A DNA stretch of 32,000 nucleotides from Dubosiella newyorkensis (GTDB lineage: Bacteria; Bacillota_I; Bacilli_A; Erysipelotrichales; Erysipelotrichaceae): contig NZ_MPKA01000045.1 of the NCBI RefSeq assembly GCF_001945605.1, positions 13,616 to 45,615 on the forward strand, written 5' to 3'. Shown here piece by piece: positions 1-6,473 of this stretch (position 1 is its first letter; every line of letters begins with the position of its first letter). A program made the translations under genes and the position numbers. Below the pieces are notes generated by a model, which was given only the letters and a program-made list of their open reading frames with translations, did no database searches and was not told the origin of the DNA.

Positions 1-1225
1 TAAATGCATCGAATTTCCCTTCTTTCAGAAAATCCATATTGTGCATTTCACCTAAAAGAATGATGAAACGAAAAATAAGATTTTTAAGGTCTGAATCTAA
101 ATTAAGCAATGACGATAAATCTAGCTCTTCACTAAATTCAGAATATGGCGTTCCTTTTACAGCTTCTAATAATTCAGGTTTTATATCTTGCAAAGCATTG
201 TACTTAAACGAGAGATCGTCAAATGATTCACTACGATTTCTTAAAACAGAAAGTGATTGAATGCTATCTAAAAGTTTCGAAACTCGTGGTTTTTCATTTA
301 ATAAAATCGGTGTCGTATCATTATAATAACGCTTAAATAAATCTTTATTTTTTAAACGCCCATAATCTTCCATATTAAAGTTATTCGGTACTAAAATATC
401 ATAAATTAAATTAAGAAATTCACGAGTAGTAACAATAGAATTTTGCTTTAAAACAACTTCTGCTACTTTTAATGAAATATATTTTTTCTTTTCATCAGAA
501 AAAAACAATTCATAATTCTGTTTAATGGGACACCGATTCCGAATTGGACAATTAAAACAATGGGTTTTGTAAGCAGCATAAAATGGATTCTCTAAATTCT
601 CGTCAAAAATCCGATGCAGCAATCCCATCAAATAAGACGTATCGATACCTTCTGGTGTCAATGAAAAAATTTGAAAATTAGAAAAGCTCACGTGTTGGAA
701 AACACTATCCTCTTTATATCCTTCAGAGCGATCATTTCCCACAAGAATGTTCTCTTGAATTACATAATCCTTTAATGCTTGAAATGATTCCCCAAAAGAA
801 GATTCAATAAAATTGTTTAACACGCCTAAATTAATCGCAATAATGATTTTCTCATTCCCTGTACTTAAATTTTGATCGCTGAATGCACTTAGTCGGTTTT
901 TTAAATTCTCAAGATTGGATTGGGTAGGGATTTCACTTTCTGTCGCATCATTGATTATCTCAAAACCATTCAATAAGTACCGATCTTCTCCATTCTTCAA
1001 TTCCGCTAAGAGATTCGATTTTCCGTCTCCTGCATTTCCACAAATCAGCACCAAAGATTTCGTATTATTTTTTTGTATTTCAGAAAGAATTGTTTTTAAT
1101 TCATCTTCGATATTCCTATGAACATGAAAATACTTTTTAAAATCATCATATTCATTAGAGTTGTCTATAGAATTCTTAGACGATTTCTGTAATTTCTTTA
1201 AGACTGGAATAAATTCACATGCCAT
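1..1225 (-). CDS. P-loop NTPase, first ~408 codons only (continues past the left edge). Best guess is DptF-like (DNA phosphorothioation-dependent restriction protein F family).
   Basis: The ORF is absent from the ORF track because it has no in-window stop. My translation of the minus strand from the ATG at 1225 stays open to position 1: MACEFIPVLKKLQKSSKNSIDNS...TKSLVLICGNAGDGKSNLLAEL (Walker A GxxGxGKS at about codons 62-69)...KIIIAINLGVLNNF...CFNCPIRNRC. The family guess rests on my recollection of the DptF N-terminal architecture, not on a search. Confidence 0.5.
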   Translation of the reverse strand, partial: MACEFIPVLKKLQKSSKNSIDNSNEYDDFKKYFHVHRNIEDELKTILSEIQKNNTKSLVLICGNAGDGKSNLLAELKNGEDRYLLNGFEIINDATESEIPTQSNLENLKNRLSAFSDQNLSTGNEKIIIAINLGVLNNFIESSFGESFQALKDYVIQENILVGNDRSEGYKEDSVFQHVSFSNFQIFSLTPEGIDTSYLMGLLHRIFDENLENPFYAAYKTHCFNCPIRNRCPIKQNYELFFSDEKKKYISLKVAEVVLKQNSIVTTREFLNLIYDILVPNNFNMEDYGRLKNKDLFKRYYNDTTPILLNEKPRVSKLLDSIQSLSVLRNRSESFDDLSFKYNALQDIKPELLEAVKGTPYSEFSEELDLSSLLNLDSDLKNLIFRFIILLGEMHNMDFLKEGKFDAF

Positions 1226-1330
1226 AATTCTTCTCCCACGATTGGTATACCGATCAATTTCATAATATATGTATTTATTAATTATAAGGTATTATCACCG
1301 GTTTATAAATGCTTTTTAAAATCCTATTTC
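1..1330. other. AT-rich segment, compositionally distinct from the rest of the window (possible edge of a horizontally acquired island)
   Basis: Visibly A/T-dominated sequence. GATC occurs only 5 times in 1-1260 by hand count, against 1 per 30-120 nt in sampled core regions. It contains a defence-type NTPase gene. The right boundary is approximate and I saw no att-like repeat. Confidence 0.55.
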
Positions 1331-1376
1331 TTATTTTTAGGACGAAATCTTTTATTTTTCCTGATCGCAATCATGT

Positions 1377-1404
1377 TTGTTTACCTAAACTGAAATGATA
1401 TACT
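1377..1404 (+). promoter_or_regulatory. Candidate sigma-A promoter of the pyrophosphatase operon (TTGTTT -35, 16-nt spacer, extended -10 TGaTATACT)
   Basis: TTGTTT lies at 1377-1382, TG at 1396-1397 and TATACT at 1399-1404. The SD AAAGGA at 1412-1417 precedes the ATG at 1427. Confidence 0.45.
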
Positions 1405-1426
1405 CAAGAAAGAAAGGACGAATGCC

Positions 1427-3034
1427 ATGACAATCTATATTACAGGACACAAAAATCCCGATTCGGACTCGATCGTCGCATCGATCGCGTACGCCTATCT
1501 AAAAAATGAACTTGGAGAAGAAGCCATTCCCTGTCGATTAGGAAGCATTTCCCAAGAAACCGAATACTTGCTCAACCGCTTCGATTTTCCGACCCCGCAA
1601 CTACTCGAAGACGCTCGATGTACGCTAGGCGAAATCGAACTCTTGCCAGCCACCCAGATCAGCCAAGACGCCACTCTCTTCGAAGCGCTGCAAACGATGA
1701 AACAAGCCAAACAGCCCTTCCTTGCCGTCCACGATCAAAACCACAAGATCATCGGCATGATCACCCGCAACGACATCGCCAATCTAGGTGTAGAAGACAC
1801 CGCCTACGGCATCGAAATGCTCCAGCACACCAAACCAAGCGACCTCGTCAAGACCCTCAACGGAAAAGAGATCTACATCCCAGAACACCTACACCTGAAT
1901 GGAAAAGTGAGCATCGTCGCCCTCTCGAGCCACCGCGCCCTCCGCTACCAAGTCCAAGAACGCATGGTCATCGTCTCCGACGATCCGATCGCCCAAAAAG
2001 AACTGATCGAAAAAGGCGCCGGCATGCTCATCCTCGTCTGGTGCGATTCGATCGAAAAAGACGTTCTAGAAGCCGCCAAACAACACGAGTGCGCCATTAT
2101 CCTCTCAGGACACGGAAGTATGAACACCTCGCGCTACCTCTACTTCTCTTTGCCCGTCAGCGCCCTCATGTCCACCAAACTCATCACCTTCGAAAGAAGC
2201 GAATACGTCGAAGATGTCATCCGCAAAATGAGCCGCTATCGCTATCGATCGTATCCGATCGTATTCGAAGAACAACTTTGCGGCTACCTCGAAGCCGGAA
2301 AAATGCTGTATCCACCGACGAAGAACATGATCTTAGTCGATCATAACGAATTCAGCCAATCCGTAAAGAATATCGAAAAAGCAAGCGTCCTCGAAGTCAT
2401 CGACCACCACCGCATCCACGACTTCACCTCCACACGCCCCGTCTACTTTCGAAACGAAACAGTAGGAAGCACCTGCACTATCGTGACCTCCCTCTTTTTC
2501 GAACACAACATCCCAATACCACGAAAACTCGCCGGCCTGCTTTTAGGCGCGATGATCTCCGACACCCTGAACTTCCAGTCGCCAACGACCACCCAAAAAG
2601 ACATCGACCTCGCCCAACGCCTAGCCAACCTCGCCCACGAAACGATCGACGAACTCGCCTACGACATCTTCTTCTCCAACGACCTGTCTCAAAAAGATAT
2701 CAACGACTTTTTGCAAGAAGATATGAAACACTTCGAAATCACGAACTACCAAGTCGCCATCGCCCAAAGCATCATCCCCCAAAGCTCCTTGCTCTCCATC
2801 CAAGAACAAGAGCTAAAAGAAAAAATGGAAGCCTACACCAAACGCAGCGGCATCGACCTCTACGTCTTCGCCCTCACCTCGATCTTAGAAAACGGAACCT
2901 ACTTCTACATCAGCGGACCACTAGCCCAACAGCTCCAACAAAACCTAGACCAAACCCACTTCTTCCCAAACATCCTCTCCCGCAAAAAACAAATCGTCCC
3001 GCTGATCACGAACTGGATCCAAGAAGCCAACTAA
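1427..3034 (+). CDS. ppaC: CBS-domain-containing manganese-dependent inorganic pyrophosphatase (family II, DHH - CBS/DRTGG insert - DHHA2)
   Basis: 535-aa ORF. The N-terminus has GHKNPDSDSI (DHH motif I). Further motifs are LVDHNEFSQS, VIDHHR, GSTCTIV and SDTLNFQSPTTT (DHHA2). An internal insert has CBS-like and DRTGG-like stretches (MVIVSDDP...GAGMLILV...AIILSGHGSMNTSR). Confidence 0.85.
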   Translation: MTIYITGHKNPDSDSIVASIAYAYLKNELGEEAIPCRLGSISQETEYLLNRFDFPTPQLLEDARCTLGEIELLPATQISQDATLFEALQTMKQAKQPFLAVHDQNHKIIGMITRNDIANLGVEDTAYGIEMLQHTKPSDLVKTLNGKEIYIPEHLHLNGKVSIVALSSHRALRYQVQERMVIVSDDPIAQKELIEKGAGMLILVWCDSIEKDVLEAAKQHECAIILSGHGSMNTSRYLYFSLPVSALMSTKLITFERSEYVEDVIRKMSRYRYRSYPIVFEEQLCGYLEAGKMLYPPTKNMILVDHNEFSQSVKNIEKASVLEVIDHHRIHDFTSTRPVYFRNETVGSTCTIVTSLFFEHNIPIPRKLAGLLLGAMISDTLNFQSPTTTQKDIDLAQRLANLAHETIDELAYDIFFSNDLSQKDINDFLQEDMKHFEITNYQVAIAQSIIPQSSLLSIQEQELKEKMEAYTKRSGIDLYVFALTSILENGTYFYISGPLAQQLQQNLDQTHFFPNILSRKKQIVPLITNWIQEAN

Positions 3035-3102
3035 CCAAACACTGAGCATCAAACAAGCAATCTGCCAACAAAGAACTACAATAGTAGAAAGGAGGTACCC
3101 AC

Positions 3103-3531
3103 ATGGAACCAAACACAAACCCAATTAAAAAACCAAACCCGCAAGATACACTCGTCCACCTTTTAATGAAAGCCGGACATATCTTGCACCATCAAGATAT
3201 GAAAAGCGAACAAGCCCAAGTGCTCTTCAAAACGCTAAGTCCCCAACAACAAGACCAACTCAAAGAAATGCTTGAAACGCTGCTCGCCGACTGGAAGAAA
3301 GAAGCCAAACCAAAACTACCAAAAACACCAAAAACACCACAACCAGCCAAACCCGTAACCGACACAAAACCACAAGCCGAAGAAAAACCACAACCAAAAG
3401 AAGAAGACAACACAAACAAAAAAACCAAAAAGAAAAAGAAGAAAAACAAAAAAGATAAAAAACACAAAAAGAAAAAAGACAAAAAGAAAAAAGACAAAAA
3501 AAATAAAACAACGAAAGAAGGCGCACAATGA
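3103..3531 (+). CDS. Hypothetical small protein: helical N-terminal part, then a Pro/Lys-rich linker and a poly-lysine C-terminal tail
   Basis: 142-aa ORF with a strong SD (AAAGGAGG, 8 nt before the ATG). The tail reads KKTKKKKKKNKKDKKHKKKKDKKKKDKKNK. Its stop overlaps the thpR start (ATGA at 3528-3531). Confidence 0.6.
   Translation: MEPNTNPIKKPNPQDTLVHLLMKAGHILHHQDMKSEQAQVLFKTLSPQQQDQLKEMLETLLADWKKEAKPKLPKTPKTPQPAKPVTDTKPQAEEKPQPKEEDNTNKKTKKKKKKNKKDKKHKKKKDKKKKDKKNKTTKEGAQ
3403..3510 (+). repeat. A-rich lysine-codon tract with short tandem repeats and homopolymer runs
   Basis: The 15-nt unit AAAAAGAAAAAAGAC is duplicated in tandem at 3466-3480 and 3481-3495. It is followed by an A8 run (3496-3503). 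There is an A7 run at 3418-3424. Upstream, a 9-nt unit CCAAAAACA occurs twice at 3319-3336. Confidence 0.8.
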
Positions 3532-4028
3532 TGCGCCTCTTTATTGCCCTAGAACTCCCTATCGCCATTCAACAAACACTCGCCAACACCCAAAAACAAC
3601 TCCAAAACAAAGGCGTCCAAGGACGACTCATCCCCCAAAATCAGCTCCACTGTACACTCGCCTTTATCGGAGAAACCAACCAAGCCAAACAAATCCAAAC
3701 GATACTCGAAACAACCCCAACCCCCAAAGAAACCCTATGCCTTACCACACTTGGCCACTTCAAAAACCTCATCTACCAAAACCTAGAAGTCCCCGTCACC
3801 TTCTGCGAATACGTCAACACGCTCAAAACCAAACTCGCCCAACAAGGAATCAAGACCGACCCCAAACCATTCAAGCCCCACATCACCTTGATCCGAAACG
3901 CCAACACGACCCATATCACACTACCTACCCCAAAACTCTGCTTCCAAAACTACACCATCGTCCTCTACCAAAGCCAATTCACAAAAAAAGGCGTCGAATA
4001 TCACGCCTTATGGAAAGCTTCCAAATAG
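3528..4028 (+). CDS. thpR: RNA 2',3'-cyclic phosphodiesterase (2H phosphoesterase, LigT/ThpR family)
   Basis: 166 aa with two HxT/S motifs in the typical context: LHCTLAFIG and KPHITLIR. The size is typical of the family. Confidence 0.8.
   Translation: MMRLFIALELPIAIQQTLANTQKQLQNKGVQGRLIPQNQLHCTLAFIGETNQAKQIQTILETTPTPKETLCLTTLGHFKNLIYQNLEVPVTFCEYVNTLKTKLAQQGIKTDPKPFKPHITLIRNANTTHITLPTPKLCFQNYTIVLYQSQFTKKGVEYHALWKASK
3983..4007 (-). terminator. Rho-independent terminator of the long minus-strand hem operon, embedded in the thpR 3' coding end
   Basis: On the minus strand: GGCGT (4007-4003), an 8-nt loop, ACGCC (3994-3990), then T7 (3989-3983). The hairpin contains the stop codon of the 101-aa ORF. 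Confidence 0.5.
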
Positions 4029-4306
4029 GCTGGCGAACTTGTATCGCCAACCTTTTTAAATTCCTGCACCGCCAAAAACCAACAATGCCGCGCCTCCCTC
4101 TCCTTTTTTTCTTTCTCAAAGATCTTCGCCTCCATGCAATACACAAGCGCCAACATCCTAGAAGGCTCCCGGTCCTTCTCTAAAAGCTTCTTCGCGTCCT
4201 TCAAAACAAAACGCGCGCTCTTGCATTTGTTTTTCTCCAACAATTCCTCAGCATCCTTCATGCACCGGGAAATATAAGAAAACGTCCGCTGATTATAAAA
4301 CTTCAT
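4001..4306 (-). CDS. Hypothetical 101-aa protein (predicted helical), last gene of the hem-linked operon
   Basis: The ORF lies on the G+T-rich strand, where stop codons should be frequent. Its start overlaps the upstream stop by 14 nt and a terminator follows its stop directly. I recognised no motif. It overlaps the thpR 3' end by 28 nt in convergent orientation. Confidence 0.45.
   Translation of the reverse strand: MKFYNQRTFSYISRCMKDAEELLEKNKCKSARFVLKDAKKLLEKDREPSRMLALVYCMEAKIFEKEKKEREARHCWFLAVQEFKKVGDTSSPAYLEAFHKA
4031..4057 (+). terminator. Candidate terminator of the ppaC/thpR operon, embedded in the 3' end of the convergent 101-aa ORF
   Basis: TGGCGA (4031-4036), a 7-nt loop, TCGCCA (4044-4049), then ACC and TTTTT (4053-4057). 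The stem is only 6 bp. Confidence 0.4.
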
Positions 4307-5561
4307 CCAAACCCGTCACTTCCACACAACCAAAAGGACGTACATGCACCACCTTCGTGCTCCCCGCACCAAAAAAATGATCCATCTTTTCCTTAAAGTC
4401 CTCGATCGCCTCGTTTTTCACATACGCTTGGATCGTCCCATCCTCCCCTTCGCCATGGATCCGACACAAACCATTCCCCTTCAACACGCTTTGACAAAGC
4501 GCCAACGCCAGCCCCAAAGAAGGTATGCTTTTTTCCGCGCTTAAAGACGTCTGCGCCAACAAACTCACCAACGCCCCCTTATCCCTCTTCTCTAAAGCCT
4601 CGACCATATGCGGGATCCGCTCCACTTCCGAAAAAAAGTGCGCCGCCCGAATCAAAACCTCATCCTTGAATTCGCTCCGCAAATCCGGGATCGCCTCATA
4701 AAACGCACACACATCCACATCCCTAAGCGCTTCTTCCCCAAAATAAACAGCCAGCCCCTTCAACTCCTCTTGCGCCCGCTGCACATCCTTGATCAACGCC
4801 TGCTCATTCACATTCGTATTGACAAGACACAAACAAAACCCAAGATCCTTCAAAGTCCCCTCGATCTTTTGATAAGAAGGATGCTGTACATCCGCAAAAT
4901 CCAAAGCCATCAAGCCACCAAGCGCGCAACCAAGCTGATCCTTCATGCTTCCAGGCTTACGATAATACACATTCTCCGCAAACTGGCCCGCCTTCGCCAA
5001 ATCAAAAGCCGAAATCCTCCCCTCGTTGTATAACGAAGAAAGGATCGAAGCAATCAACACCTCAAAAGAAGCCAAAGCCGACAATCCCGCTCCCACGATC
5101 ACATCACTCAAAATATACGCCTTAAAACCCCCCACCCGATAGCCTTTGCGCTTCAAGTATTCCACGATCCCACGCACGATGCCCACCAACGTTCGCGCCT
5201 CGTACATCCGCTTGATCGTATCGTTCGTATCCACCTGCTCCATATCAAAATCTTGCGAAACGATCTCAATGATCGAATCCTCGCTCTTGTTCACGATCGC
5301 GATCGTATCGAGATCGATCGAAGAAGCAAGGATCCTCCCATGCGAAATATCCGTATGCATCCCAGCCAGCTGACAACGAGAAGGCGATGAAAACAAAAAA
5401 ACCTCCTCATCCCCATCATAAATCTGCGCATACGCATCTAACGCCCTCACATACCGATCCACTTGCGCATTTGGATCTTGATACAACCGACCCAAGATCC
5501 CATCCATCTCATGCGCTAAAAAGCGCTCCTTCAAACGCACCACCTGCTCCATCCTGCGCAC
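4293..5561 (-). CDS. Galactokinase-like GHMP-family protein with divergent nucleotide-binding motifs
   Basis: 422 aa. SPSRCQLAGMHTDISHG corresponds to the GalK signature GRVNLIGEHTDY. VGAGLSALASFEV corresponds to GHMP motif II GAGLSSSAS. GSMKDQ corresponds to GIMDQ. RIHGEGEDG sits where GalK has TGGGFGG. The start could be the GTG at 5561 or the ATG at 5552. Confidence 0.7.
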   Translation of the reverse strand: MRRMEQVVRLKERFLAHEMDGILGRLYQDPNAQVDRYVRALDAYAQIYDGDEEVFLFSSPSRCQLAGMHTDISHGRILASSIDLDTIAIVNKSEDSIIEIVSQDFDMEQVDTNDTIKRMYEARTLVGIVRGIVEYLKRKGYRVGGFKAYILSDVIVGAGLSALASFEVLIASILSSLYNEGRISAFDLAKAGQFAENVYYRKPGSMKDQLGCALGGLMALDFADVQHPSYQKIEGTLKDLGFCLCLVNTNVNEQALIKDVQRAQEELKGLAVYFGEEALRDVDVCAFYEAIPDLRSEFKDEVLIRAAHFFSEVERIPHMVEALEKRDKGALVSLLAQTSLSAEKSIPSLGLALALCQSVLKGNGLCRIHGEGEDGTIQAYVKNEAIEDFKEKMDHFFGAGSTKVVHVRPFGCVEVTGLDEVL

Positions 5562-5564
5562 CTT

Positions 5565-6473
5565 TTATCCTTTCATTTTCTCCACTTGCGCCCGCACCGA
5601 AGACGTACACACCCTACAATTCGAGCACCCATTACAAATCATCCGATTTCCGCACGAAAAACAATGCTCACGAAACGAAGGCACATACAAATCCGACTTC
5701 GGGATCTCAAGACCAAGAGAATCGAACAAACGCCATACGATCGGCTTCCCCTCCACATTCACATTCGCCCGATGTGCCATGATCGCCTGCAAGCCTTTAT
5801 TCGGCATCCGATACACCTTGCCCTCCTTGACAAAACGCGTCCCCGTCTCGATAAAGACAAACCGAACATCCGCCTCTTGGCATTGCTTCGAAAGAAACTG
5901 CACCCACTCGAACCGACACTCTCTTTCGCCCCCATAATTCTCGCCCCCGCAAACGACCTGCTCGATCCAGCCCTCCTTCAAAAACGAAGAAAGATCGACC
6001 TCGCCAAGCATCGGCGTCACCATGACTCCCTTATGTTTAGCCGGGATCTCGCGCAAGATCTTCAAACGCTCCTCGGCACGCTTTTGATTCTCGCAAGCCA
6101 CATTCAAAAACACATTCTCATACCCATCTTCCCAATCGTCTGGCAAGCATTCCATGATCCGATCCGCCCTTTTCGTCAACAAGAAAAAGATCACATCCCG
6201 CCGCCAAGAGATCATATCCCACGCCTCTTGGCGCCAAGGATCCGCCTCCTTTAAAAAGAAGTCCGACATCATGCACACCCGAAGCATCTCCCCGCTCTTG
6301 ATCTTGAACGAACCATCCCGCTCCTTTTGTATAGGATAGTTGAACTTCGTCTTTACTTTATAAATATCCGACCCATGTTTGCCCCGCATCGCATCCAAAT
6401 AATACATATAGCAGTTTTGACACCCTTCCGAATACTTTCGGCACCCATGCCACGGATTCCAAATATCATGCAT
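5565..6473 (-). CDS. DUF5131 (phage Gp37/Gp68 family) three-Cys-motif protein with an additional C-terminal Cys-rich extension
   Basis: 302 aa. The N-terminus reads WNPWHGCRKYSEGCQNCY (CX6CX2C). Other matches are FFLLTKR and VVCGGENYGGERECRFEWVQFLSKQCQEADVRFVFIETG, which follow the family pattern as I remember it. The C-terminus reads CFSCGNRMICNGCSNCRVC. Confidence 0.7.
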   Translation of the reverse strand: MHDIWNPWHGCRKYSEGCQNCYMYYLDAMRGKHGSDIYKVKTKFNYPIQKERDGSFKIKSGEMLRVCMMSDFFLKEADPWRQEAWDMISWRRDVIFFLLTKRADRIMECLPDDWEDGYENVFLNVACENQKRAEERLKILREIPAKHKGVMVTPMLGEVDLSSFLKEGWIEQVVCGGENYGGERECRFEWVQFLSKQCQEADVRFVFIETGTRFVKEGKVYRMPNKGLQAIMAHRANVNVEGKPIVWRLFDSLGLEIPKSDLYVPSFREHCFSCGNRMICNGCSNCRVCTSSVRAQVEKMKG

